Source: Candidatus Binatus sp. (GTDB taxonomy: Bacteria; Desulfobacterota; Binatia; Binatales; Binataceae). Taken from it: a stretch of 64,000 bases of DNA. Shown here one piece after another: positions 19,349 to 28,394 of the stretch. A program made the translations under genes and the position numbers. The stretch's first letter is position 1, and each line of letters starts with the position of its first letter. Under the pieces are notes generated by a model that searched no databases, had not been told where the DNA came from, and was given only the letters and a program-made list of their open reading frames with translations. Location: positions 6,552 to 70,551 of the forward strand of contig NZ_DATCTO010000047.1 in the NCBI RefSeq assembly GCF_036567905.1, given 5' to 3'.

Positions 19349-21100
19349 TCAGTAGCGGCTCAATTCCTCTTCGAGCAGTTGGCGGCGGAACAGCTCCGCG
19401 TAAATTCCGCGGCGACCCATCAGTTGCTCGTGGGTGCCGCGTTCGGCAATCTCCCCGTCCTCGAGCACCACGATCTGATCGGAGTCGCGCACCGTGGACG
19501 CGCGATGCGAAACCACGATGGTGGTGCGGCCCTGCACGCTCTGCTCCAGGCTCTGCAGCACCGCCTTTTCGGTTTCGGTATCGACGCTCGACAGCGCGTC
19601 GTCCAGCACGACGACGGCGGGATTGTAGGCGAGCAGCCGGGCAATAGTGACGCGTTGCTTCTGCCCGCCCGACAGCGCCATGCCGCGTTCGCCGACGATA
19701 GTGTCGAGCCCATGCGGCAACACCGCGATGTCCGGCTCGAGTCCCGCGATGCGCGCAGCGTTCTTGATTTCATCGATCGACGCGTCGGTCTTTCCGAATG
19801 CGACGTTGCGCGCGAGCGTGTCCGTGAACAGCGTCGGCTCCTGCGGGACCATTCCCACAGTTCGCCGCAGCGCGCCCAGCGCCATCTCTTCTACGTCGCG
19901 GCCGTCGAGCAGTATTCGTCCCTTGGTCGGTTGCAGCAGGCGGGCCAGCAGCTTGACCATGGTTGATTTTCCCGAGCCGGTGCGGCCGACAATCGCGAGC
20001 TTTTCTCCCGCGCCCACTTTGACGTTGATGTTCTTGAGCACGTAGGGAATCTTTCCGCTGGCTCCGTCGCCATTATTCGCCAGGTAGCTGAACGAGACGC
20101 CTTCCCATTCGACCGCCCCATTTATCTCGAGCTTGAGCTCCTCGCCGGCGACGCTATCGGCGCCGCGCGCGTTGAAAATCTCGTCGAGACGTTTCATCGA
20201 GGCCTTGCCGCGCTGATAAATCGACAGCATCCATCCAAGCGAGATGGTTGGCCACGCGAGCTGACCCAGGTAGCTCAGGAACGCGACCAGCGATCCGAGC
20301 GACATTCGTCCGTTCATCACCAGCGAGCCGCCGTAAATCAGCACGACCATCGTCGAGGTCGCCGCCGCGCCGCGAATCATCGGCATCATCGCGCCGCGGG
20401 TGCGGGCCAGCGCGAGTCCCTGCTCGTTGTAAGCGTCGTTGATCTTGCGGAACAGCCCGGCCTCGTGCTCCTCGAGCGTGTACGCTTTGACGACCGGGAT
20501 ACCGGCCAAGCTTTCCTGCACCTTCGATCCGATCGCCGCGATCCCCTCCTGCACTCTCAGGCTGCGCATCATCATCTTGCGCATCAGCCAGCGGATCGCG
20601 ACGAACAAAACCAGGTAGGGAATGATCGCGAACAAGGTCAGGCGCGGGTTGAGCGAACTCATGAAAACCAGCGCGAGCCCGTAGGTCAGCGGAGTGTTCG
20701 AGACCGACAGCACGAACATTCCCGCCATCATTCGAACCGCGGTCAGGTCGTTGATCATCCGCGACATCAGGTCGCCGGTCTTGAACTTCTGGTAGAAGTC
20801 GGCGCCAAGCGTGGTGAGATGCTGGAATAGATCGTTGCGCAAGTCGTATTCGATATCGCGGCCGACGTTGAAGATAACGAAGCGCGAGAACCAGCGGACG
20901 GTTCCCAGCATCAGCGCGAAAACGATCATCAACTCCGCGTAATGCGCGACCAGGTCGAATCGATGCTTGTCGGTGGCGTTTATCGCGTCGCGGACGAACA
21001 AGGGGATGATCATCGCGAGCGTGGCGTTCGCGAACGTGCAAAGGATCCCGAATGCGTATCGCAACCAGTAGCGTCGCGCGTAGAAGAGCAGTCGTTTCAT
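19349..21100 (-). CDS. ABC exporter, fused permease/ATPase (likely heterodimer partner of the downstream gene)
   Basis: 583 aa. NBD with GRTGSGKST, LSGGQKQRVTIARLL and VVVLDDALS. Its stop is 1 nt from the next gene's start. Confidence 0.9.
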   Translation of the reverse strand: MKRLLFYARRYWLRYAFGILCTFANATLAMIIPLFVRDAINATDKHRFDLVAHYAELMIVFALMLGTVRWFSRFVIFNVGRDIEYDLRNDLFQHLTTLGADFYQKFKTGDLMSRMINDLTAVRMMAGMFVLSVSNTPLTYGLALVFMSSLNPRLTLFAIIPYLVLFVAIRWLMRKMMMRSLRVQEGIAAIGSKVQESLAGIPVVKAYTLEEHEAGLFRKINDAYNEQGLALARTRGAMMPMIRGAAATSTMVVLIYGGSLVMNGRMSLGSLVAFLSYLGQLAWPTISLGWMLSIYQRGKASMKRLDEIFNARGADSVAGEELKLEINGAVEWEGVSFSYLANNGDGASGKIPYVLKNINVKVGAGEKLAIVGRTGSGKSTMVKLLARLLQPTKGRILLDGRDVEEMALGALRRTVGMVPQEPTLFTDTLARNVAFGKTDASIDEIKNAARIAGLEPDIAVLPHGLDTIVGERGMALSGGQKQRVTIARLLAYNPAVVVLDDALSSVDTETEKAVLQSLEQSVQGRTTIVVSHRASTVRDSDQIVVLEDGEIAERGTHEQLMGRRGIYAELFRRQLLEEELSRY

Positions 21101-21184
21101 GGGCTGTCGGTTAAATTATCAGGTCTGCGGCGCGATAGAAGTGGCAAACCACCGAAGTTTCAACCGCTTCGGCCCGCACACGGC

Positions 21185-21946
21185 TCACAGCCCGGTGCGC
21201 GATTTCAGCCGGCGCTCGTAGAGCTTCGCGTATTTCAGAAACACGTAGAACGCGGCCGTCATCGCGGCGTACAATCCGCGTCCGCCGTCGCGAAACCCGC
21301 CGCGGAGAATATAAAAATTAAAAAACCGCCACGCCGGATTCGCGATCATCTTGAACGGCGTGAACGCGCCGGGCTCCTGCTCCATCGCCGCCCGCGAGCT
21401 GAACCGGTTAATCGTCGCCACGTGATCGGCAATATCGCGGTAGCTGAAATGCAAAATCTGCCCGTCCAGCCGCGCGACCCGTCCCTCGACTACGACCTTG
21501 TCGTGCGGATCGCGGCCGCCGATGTGCCCGCGTTCGCGGCGGAACAGGCGCACCGGCGTGTCCGGATAAATCGCGTGCGAGTAGTAATGCCCCAGGTGGT
21601 ACAGAATGCGCCGAATCCGGTAGCCGTCGGCGGGCGCCGGCGATGATACCGTGCGGATAATTTCCTCGCCGAGGTCGTGCGTCGCCTGCTCGTCGGCATC
21701 CATCAGCAGCACCCAATCTCCCGTCGCCCGATCCAGCGCCATCTGCTTCTGCTTCACGTAGTTCGTGAACTCGTGCTGCACGACGTCGGCGCCGAGGCTG
21801 CGCGCGATCGCGACCGTCTTGTCGGTCGAGAACGAATCGATGATGATTTTCTCGTCGCAGAACCACGCGCTCTTCAGGCACTGGCCGATCAGCGCCGCTT
21901 CGTCGCGGGTAATCGTAATCAGCGAAATCTTTGGCCGCTCTGACAT
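21185..21946 (-). CDS. family 2 glycosyltransferase
   Basis: ISLITITRDEA...IIIDSFSTDKTV...LLMDADE (DxD) pattern of GT2. Confidence 0.8.
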   Translation of the reverse strand: MSERPKISLITITRDEAALIGQCLKSAWFCDEKIIIDSFSTDKTVAIARSLGADVVQHEFTNYVKQKQMALDRATGDWVLLMDADEQATHDLGEEIIRTVSSPAPADGYRIRRILYHLGHYYSHAIYPDTPVRLFRRERGHIGGRDPHDKVVVEGRVARLDGQILHFSYRDIADHVATINRFSSRAAMEQEPGAFTPFKMIANPAWRFFNFYILRGGFRDGGRGLYAAMTAAFYVFLKYAKLYERRLKSRTGL

Positions 21947-21949
21947 CCG

Positions 21950-23017
21950 CTAAGACGCGTGCTGCGCTTGCGATCGGTCGAGTCCTTCGATCACTTTCGA
22001 GGCAATCGACTTGAACGCCGCGCTCATCGTATGCGCCGGGTTGGCCGCGACGATCGGGCGTGCATTGTCTCCCCCCTCGCGCAGTTCGCGCACCAGCGGC
22101 AGCTCGCCCAAAAACGGCACGCCCAGCGAATGCGCCAGCGCGGCGCCGCCGCCGTGGCCGAAAATCTCGTGGCGATGGTTGCACTTGCGGCAAACGTAAT
22201 AGCTCATGTTCTCGACCACGCCGAGCACCGGCACGTGAACTTCCTCGAACATCGCCACGCCGCGCTTGACGTCGAGCAGCGCGAGCTCCTGCGGCGTCGT
22301 CACGATCACGCCGCCGTCAAGCGCCACGCGCTGGGTGATGGTCAGTTGCGCGTCACCCGTGCCGGGAGGCAGATCGAGCACCAGGCAATCCAGCTCGCCC
22401 CACTCGACGTTGAACAGAAATTCCGTCTCGAGCTTGGTCACCATCGGCCCGCGCCAGATGACCGCGGTCTCGTCGTTGATGAACAGCGCCATCGATATGT
22501 AGCGAATTCCGTACCGCTCCAGAGGGATCATGCGCCGCTCGGGCGTGAGCGTCACCGCCTTCTCGACCCCGACCATCATCGCCACGCTTGGCCCGTACAC
22601 GTCGGCGTCCATCAGGCCGACGCGCCATCCCAGCGCATGCATCGCGAGCGCGAGGTTCACCGCGACCGTCGATTTGCCGACTCCGCCCTTGCCGCTGGCG
22701 ACCGCGACGATGTGCTTGACGCCCGCGATTGTCCGCGGCTGCGCTATCCCGGCCGCAGCCCTCGGCGCGCTTGGCGCAGCCTGCTCGACCTGGACGTTGA
22801 CGGCCGGCACGCCCGGCATCGCAGCAACCGCCGCCTTCACCTCAGCCACGATTTTCTCGACGACTTCGGGGTTGGCCGACGCCATCGTGAGCGAGACAGT
22901 CACGCCCGCGTACGCGACTTCGATATCCTTGACGATCGCGAACGACACGATGTCGCGGGTGAAGCCCGGGTATTTTATCTTCTTGAGTTCGGCGAGAATT
23001 TCATTTGGACTCGGCAT
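21950..23017 (-). CDS. apbC: Mrp/ApbC/NBP35 family iron-sulfur cluster carrier ATPase
   Basis: N-terminal DUF59-like domain. Deviant Walker A ASGKGGVGKST. CxxC (YYVCRKCNH) in the C-terminal half. Confidence 0.9.
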   Translation of the reverse strand: MPSPNEILAELKKIKYPGFTRDIVSFAIVKDIEVAYAGVTVSLTMASANPEVVEKIVAEVKAAVAAMPGVPAVNVQVEQAAPSAPRAAAGIAQPRTIAGVKHIVAVASGKGGVGKSTVAVNLALAMHALGWRVGLMDADVYGPSVAMMVGVEKAVTLTPERRMIPLERYGIRYISMALFINDETAVIWRGPMVTKLETEFLFNVEWGELDCLVLDLPPGTGDAQLTITQRVALDGGVIVTTPQELALLDVKRGVAMFEEVHVPVLGVVENMSYYVCRKCNHRHEIFGHGGGAALAHSLGVPFLGELPLVRELREGGDNARPIVAANPAHTMSAAFKSIASKVIEGLDRSQAQHAS

Positions 23018-23145
23018 TGTGCGGATCGGACCTGTCGATGGTTTCGATTAGAATGCGGCCACGCTATCAAAGCGCGACGCTCATGTTATCATTCCGGGAC
23101 CTGCGGAAAAACGACGGGTCGAACGCATCGGGAGTTCTATAAGAA

Positions 23146-25035
23146 GTGAGTAAAGCAGGCGTCGCCGCGCCCTTTTGTCCCCGAGTCCGCTTCAGCGGCG
23201 CCGGTGGCGAAGTAGCGGCGCTCGCCGCGGGCGATCTGTCGAGCGGACTAGCGGCGATGCTCGCCTCCAGGATCGAATCGTCCGCCGACGCGTCGATTCC
23301 AAGCGCCGAAATGAGAATCGACCTCGGCGATTCGGTGGCTGCCGCGCCCGCATCGCCTGGCGCACTCGAAGGCGACAGCTTCGACGTCTCGCGGCAAGGC
23401 GGTGGCGCTGGATCGATCGTGATTCGCGCCGCGACGGAGGGCGGACTAATCCATGCGGCATCGAATCTGCTCGAAAAGCTCGGCGCGGATTTTCCGCCGG
23501 GCGCGGCGCCATCGTATCCGCGGATCGATTCCGCCCGCCTTGCCGCGCTGCGACCCTGGCGCGTCACTCCCGCCTTCAAGCGCCGCGCATTCGTGTCCGA
23601 CATCATGACCTGGAACTACAACTTCGCCGACCGCCTCGATTTGCATCTTCGCCACGATCGCGAATTCATCCCATGGATGGCGCGCCGCGGGATCAACGCA
23701 TTCTCGTACATCCGCCACGCGCACGACACGCGGCTCAAGATCGACGAGATCGCGCCGCTCCTGCGCGAGCGAGGAATAGACGTCGAATACGGCGGCCACG
23801 TCATCCAACTTCTGCTGCCGCGCGAGCGCTTCGCCGAGCACCCGGAGTATTTCCCGGCCGGCGACGACGGCGTTAGAATCGCGCGCGGCAATCTCTGCGT
23901 CTCCAATCCCGACGCCGTTGCTATCGTCCGCGCGGGCGCGCTCGCCTACGTTCACGAGCATCCCGAGAACCGGTTGCTGCACATCTGGGGCGCCGACGTA
24001 TGGCGCGGCGCGTGGTGCCGATGCGGTCAATGCCGCGAGCTCCCGCCGCAGATCCAATACATGGATGTTGTCAATGCAATCGCTGGCGCACTCGCCGATG
24101 ACTCCAATGCTCCGCCAGTCGCCTATCTCGCCTATCACGACACCATCGATCCGCATCCCGGCCTGCGTCCGCTGGACAACGTATGGCTCGAATGGGCACC
24201 GCGCGAGCGATGCTACAGCCATGCGATCGACGATCCGGCCTGCGAGATCAATCCGCGCTACCTCGAATCGCTCAAACGCTACATCGAAATCTTCAACGGT
24301 CGCGGTCACGTCTTCGAGTATTACGCCGACGCGATCCTGTTCGGCGGCTTGGGCTTCGCGACGCCTGCGGTAGTGGCGCGCGATCTCCGCGCCTATCGGC
24401 GGCTGGGGATTGCGAGCATTTCGTGCCTGACTTTTGGTGCGTACAGCGCGATGGCTTATCCGGTGAACCTCGAGGCATTCGTTCGCGGCTCGCGAGATCC
24501 CGATTTCGAGCCTGACGCCACTTTGGTTGAAACGTCCGCCGGCCGGCATCCGCGATGCGCCCCGGAGATGGCCGCTGCCTATCGCGCGGTCGAGCGCGCG
24601 TCGAAGCTGTGCCTCGACTATGCCGACGTGATGAGCCCGGTGATGGCGCCCGAGAAGGCCGTGCGCAAGCGAAACGAACTGCGGGAAGCCGCGTTGACGT
24701 TCAACGAAGCGATTGCCGCGGCCGACCAGATTGCGCTGAGCCTGGATACCCCCCGCGCCGATGCCGAGAAGGATCTCTGGCGCTATAGCAGCGACGTGCT
24801 CGCGGGACTGTCTGACTATCTCGGGGCAATCGGAGAGGCGGGCGCCGATCGCCGGATACGCGGCAAAGCCGCCATCGCGAAAGTCGCGGGCGCCATCGAG
24901 CGCATCCGCGAGATCGATCCCGAAATCAAGGGGACCTGGGGCGCTTACGATCTCGAATGGATCCGCGAGCTATGGCTCAGCGCGCTTGCGCGCGGGCTCG
25001 ATGGAGACGGGAAACCGCCGGAGGAACTGTTCTGA
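23146..25035 (+). CDS. hypothetical protein, possibly DUF4838/glycoside-hydrolase-like (GH20b-type N-domain plus TIM-barrel-like core)
   Basis: 629 aa with no signal peptide. IVIRAATEGGLIHAASNLLEKLG, HPEYFPAG..GNLCVSNP and a WCRCGQC cluster recall DUF4838 proteins. This assignment is from memory only. Its stop overlaps the ACAD start (TGATG). Confidence 0.5.
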   Translation: MSKAGVAAPFCPRVRFSGAGGEVAALAAGDLSSGLAAMLASRIESSADASIPSAEMRIDLGDSVAAAPASPGALEGDSFDVSRQGGGAGSIVIRAATEGGLIHAASNLLEKLGADFPPGAAPSYPRIDSARLAALRPWRVTPAFKRRAFVSDIMTWNYNFADRLDLHLRHDREFIPWMARRGINAFSYIRHAHDTRLKIDEIAPLLRERGIDVEYGGHVIQLLLPRERFAEHPEYFPAGDDGVRIARGNLCVSNPDAVAIVRAGALAYVHEHPENRLLHIWGADVWRGAWCRCGQCRELPPQIQYMDVVNAIAGALADDSNAPPVAYLAYHDTIDPHPGLRPLDNVWLEWAPRERCYSHAIDDPACEINPRYLESLKRYIEIFNGRGHVFEYYADAILFGGLGFATPAVVARDLRAYRRLGIASISCLTFGAYSAMAYPVNLEAFVRGSRDPDFEPDATLVETSAGRHPRCAPEMAAAYRAVERASKLCLDYADVMSPVMAPEKAVRKRNELREAALTFNEAIAAADQIALSLDTPRADAEKDLWRYSSDVLAGLSDYLGAIGEAGADRRIRGKAAIAKVAGAIERIREIDPEIKGTWGAYDLEWIRELWLSALARGLDGDGKPPEELF

Positions 25036-26198
25036 TGAACGCTGACAATGGATTCGTACTGTCGCCGGAACTCAGCGCGCTTCGCGACCAGGTAGGGAAG
25101 ATAATCCGCGAGGAGATTATCCCGATCGAAGCGCGGATCGATCCCGACGCGCCCGAAATTCCCGCGGATGAATTCTGGCCGATCGCGCGCAAGGTGCAAG
25201 CCGCCGGGATGTGGTGCATGGGCGCGCCGCGCGAGTACGGCGGCGGCGGCCTGGGCACCTTCGACATGTGCGTGCTGACCGAGGAAATGGCGCAGCATCG
25301 GATGGGACTCTACAACCCCGGATGCGGGGTCTTCGGGCGCACGCCGCCGCCGGTGATCTACGCGGGCAACGACGAACAAAAGCGCACCTACGCCGGCGGC
25401 ACGATCAAGAATGCCTGGCACACCTTCTTTGCGATCACCGAGCCGTCGGGCGGTTCCGATCCGGCCGGCGCGATCCAGTGCAAAGCGGTGCGCCAGGGCG
25501 ATACCTACGTCCTCAACGGCACCAAGATTTTCATTTCGCATGCGCACGAGGCCGAGTGGGGCGTCGTCTTCACCCGCACCGACGCCAAGGCCGGCCGCAA
25601 GGGAATCACCTGCTTCATAATCAACAAGGGCATGGCGGGATTCACGCCGCGGCCGATTCGCACGCTGCGCACTTCGGCGGTGCCCAACGAGGTTCAGTTC
25701 GAAGATTGCGTCGTGCCGATCGGGAATCGCCTCGGGCCCGAGGGCGAGGGCCTGAATCTATGCCTCGATCTGCTGACGCGGCTGCGCTTTCCCTACTCGG
25801 CGTGCAACGTCGGGGTGGGTGTGGCGGCGCTCAGGATGGCGATCGATCATGCCAAGCAGCGCAGCACCTTCGGCGAACTGCTCGCCAAGCGGCAGGCTAT
25901 CCAGTGGATGCTCGCGGATTCGGAGGTCGAGTTGCGCGCGGCGCGGTGGCTGACGTGGGAAGGGGCGTGGAAGGCCGATCGCGGCGAGGATTTCCGCACC
26001 GAGGCGTCGATCGCAAAGCTCTATTCGAGCGAAGTGCTCGGCCGCGTGATCGATCGCGCCGTGCAGATTCATGGCGGCTACGGCGTCAGCAAGGAGTTTC
26101 CCATCGAGCGATGGTACCGCGAGGCGCGCATCCGCCGGATCGGCGAAGGCCCCAGCGAAGTGCATCGGATGGTGATCGCCCGCTCGCTTTTGCGATGA
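25035..26198 (+). CDS. acyl-CoA dehydrogenase
   Basis: ACAD N/M/C domains: FAITEPSGGSDPAG, YVLNGTKIFISHA, IHGGYGVSKEFPIERWYREARIRRIGEGPSEV. Start at ATG 25035. Confidence 0.9.
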   Translation: MNADNGFVLSPELSALRDQVGKIIREEIIPIEARIDPDAPEIPADEFWPIARKVQAAGMWCMGAPREYGGGGLGTFDMCVLTEEMAQHRMGLYNPGCGVFGRTPPPVIYAGNDEQKRTYAGGTIKNAWHTFFAITEPSGGSDPAGAIQCKAVRQGDTYVLNGTKIFISHAHEAEWGVVFTRTDAKAGRKGITCFIINKGMAGFTPRPIRTLRTSAVPNEVQFEDCVVPIGNRLGPEGEGLNLCLDLLTRLRFPYSACNVGVGVAALRMAIDHAKQRSTFGELLAKRQAIQWMLADSEVELRAARWLTWEGAWKADRGEDFRTEASIAKLYSSEVLGRVIDRAVQIHGGYGVSKEFPIERWYREARIRRIGEGPSEVHRMVIARSLLR

Positions 26199-26220
26199 AG
26201 ACCGAACAAGGAGAGCCACG

Positions 26221-27414
26221 ATGAGTCTGCCGGGGTTGCCGCTTGACGCAGTCCGGGTGATCGATCTGGGACAGGTGTACGCGGTGCCGTACTGCACGCT
26301 GCAACTTGCGGCGATGGGCGCCGATATCATCAAGATCGAGCCACCCGTGACCGGCGAAGTGCTGCGCCAGCCGAAAATCCCGCCGGGCGGCGCCGGTTAC
26401 TCGTTCCTGATGCTCAATGCGAACAAGCGCTCGGTCACGATCAATCTGAAGGATCGGCGCGGGCAGGATATCGTGCTCAAACTGCTCGAGCACGCCGACG
26501 TGCTCGTCGAAAACTATCTTGACGGCGTGATGGAGTCGTTCGGACTGGGCTACGAGCAGATCGCCGCGCGGTTTCCGCGGCTGATTTACGCGTCGGGCAA
26601 GGGTTACGGCTCGGACAGCAGGTACGCGAAGCTGGGCTCGATGGACAATACGATCCAGGCGTCGTCGGGATTCATCAGTGTCACCGGATTTCCCGACCAT
26701 CCGGTGAAGACCCCCGCCACTCTCATCGACATGGGAACCGGGAGTCATCTGGTGAGCGGAATCCTGGCCGCGCTGATACATCGCGGGCGGACCGGCCGCG
26801 GACAGCATGTCGAAGTCGCGATGCTCGACGTGGCGATCGCCGCGCTGACCAGCGCGGTTGCGCCCGCGCTGCAAGGGATGAAGTTCAAGCGGATGGGGAA
26901 TCGTCATTGGGGCGCATGCCCGACCAATCTCTATCCCGCGCGCGACGGCGAGATACTGATCTTTTGCCTCACCGAAGCGCATTGGCGCACGCTGGCGAAA
27001 TTGATGGACCGCGAAGATCTGATCGCCGATCCGCGATGCAGGAATCATGGCGAACGGCTGAAGATTGCCGACGAACTCGACGCGATCGTTTCCGATTGGA
27101 CCAGCGCGCAGCCGCGCGACGCGATGGTCGAGGGACTGATCGAGGCGGGAATCCCGTGCGCGCCGGTGCGCACGGTCGAGGAAGTGATCGCCGATCCTGA
27201 AACCGCTCAGCGCCGGATGCTTATCGATAGCGATTATCCGACTCGCGGTTCAATCCGCGTCGGCGGCACTCCTATCAAGATGTCCGATGCGCCCGAAGAC
27301 GGACGGCCGATGCGCCGGCCGCCCGAGCTTGGCGAGCATAACGCCGAGGTGCTCGCGTCGATCGGAATTGGCGCCGACGAACTCGAACGCCTCAAGCGCG
27401 CCGGAGTCGTCTGA
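26221..27414 (+). CDS. family III CoA-transferase (CaiB/BaiF type)
   Basis: LDAVRVIDLGQVYAVPYCTLQLAAMGADIIKIEPP, ADVLVENY and the catalytic Asp region GSMDNTIQA. Confidence 0.9.
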   Translation: MSLPGLPLDAVRVIDLGQVYAVPYCTLQLAAMGADIIKIEPPVTGEVLRQPKIPPGGAGYSFLMLNANKRSVTINLKDRRGQDIVLKLLEHADVLVENYLDGVMESFGLGYEQIAARFPRLIYASGKGYGSDSRYAKLGSMDNTIQASSGFISVTGFPDHPVKTPATLIDMGTGSHLVSGILAALIHRGRTGRGQHVEVAMLDVAIAALTSAVAPALQGMKFKRMGNRHWGACPTNLYPARDGEILIFCLTEAHWRTLAKLMDREDLIADPRCRNHGERLKIADELDAIVSDWTSAQPRDAMVEGLIEAGIPCAPVRTVEEVIADPETAQRRMLIDSDYPTRGSIRVGGTPIKMSDAPEDGRPMRRPPELGEHNAEVLASIGIGADELERLKRAGVV

Positions 27415-27418
27415 GCGG

Positions 27419-28141
27419 ATGCGCGCCGCACCAGCGGATGGGGTCAGGCGTGGAGCCGCGCGCGGGCGTTTTCGCGCGGCGATCCGGCGCGCGTCGGCGG
27501 CCGTATTGGCGCTGGCGATCTCGAATGCGCTAGTCGCGTGCGAGCCTGCGCAATCAACTGGCTATCCGCCCAACGAGACTGGCGCCCCGGCTGAAGTCGG
27601 GACACGGCCGCTTCAGCTCTCGCCAACGGAATTCGCGACCGACCTGGTCACGCCCGCCGGAATTCGGGTCAAGACCAACGGCCAGTACAAGACCGAGGCC
27701 GCGAGGAAGGCCGCGGCGCTGGCGATCGATCGTTACTGGAACGAAGTTCGTTCTTGCGCGTCCGGCGTGGAACGGCCCGGCGACACCGATGTCCACGATC
27801 TGACCGACGAGTTCCCGCGTTATCTGGCGGTTGAGATCGCGAACAACTGGAAGGTGGTCGAGGGACCGGCCACGCATCACAGGATGCAGGCGTTCCCGTC
27901 GCTTGAGCGGCGGGGCTCGTGGTCAACCGCGCGGCGCCGGGAGGACGCACTTTACATCGTAGTTGTCCCGGAGCTGAACGGGTTTGGTCCGCAGATGGTC
28001 AATGAGCTGAATCTGTGGCTGATGAAGAACGCGAACGTGCCGCCGACGGCGGATTTGGTTACTGCGTGCGCGTCAGTCGCGTGCCTGAGATTCAACTACA
28101 ACAACGCGCCGTCGCAGACATGGAACGAGTGCAAGCAGTAG
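27419..28141 (+). CDS. hypothetical lipoprotein
   Basis: ATG 27419 lies 5 nt after the CoA-transferase stop. Arg-rich n-region, then VLALAISNALVAC (lipobox-like LVAC). No family recognised. Confidence 0.5.
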   Translation: MRAAPADGVRRGAARGRFRAAIRRASAAVLALAISNALVACEPAQSTGYPPNETGAPAEVGTRPLQLSPTEFATDLVTPAGIRVKTNGQYKTEAARKAAALAIDRYWNEVRSCASGVERPGDTDVHDLTDEFPRYLAVEIANNWKVVEGPATHHRMQAFPSLERRGSWSTARRREDALYIVVVPELNGFGPQMVNELNLWLMKNANVPPTADLVTACASVACLRFNYNNAPSQTWNECKQ

Positions 28142-28196
28142 CAGGGCTGAGCCCTGCACCCGGTATTAAGGCCGCCCGCCGTTGGCGGGCGCGGCC
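28141..28196 (+). terminator. two GC-rich hairpins after the lipoprotein gene (REP-like palindrome GCAGGGC-TGA-GCCCTGC, then an 11-bp stem GGCCGCCCGCC/GGCGGGC(GC)GGCC)
   Basis: Stems read directly from the sequence. No U-tract, so a role as an intrinsic terminator is uncertain. Confidence 0.35.
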
Positions 28197-28346
28197 CCTG
28201 CCTACAGCTTAATCCTGCGCTGCCGTCACCCCTGCAAGCCCACGGCGGATTTCGCATTCAATTAAGCGAATTATCCCATGTCGATGTGGAATTGGTTCCT
28301 AGAGTGACAGAAAGTCCACATTTTGGTCTGCATATCGTGACATTTT

Positions 28347-28383
28347 GATGCTGACTACTCTTACTAATGCTGACTGCTCTTAT
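28347..28383 (+). promoter_or_regulatory. two tandem 18/19-bp direct repeats (gATGCTGACTaCTCTTAc / aATGCTGACTgCTCTTAt) ending in a TATAGT box 8 nt upstream of the ATG at 28395
   Basis: Read directly from the sequence. They lie in a locally AT-rich segment (about 28255-28394) with no Shine-Dalgarno sequence before the ATG. Confidence 0.4.
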
Positions 28384-28394
28384 AGTCTCATCGG

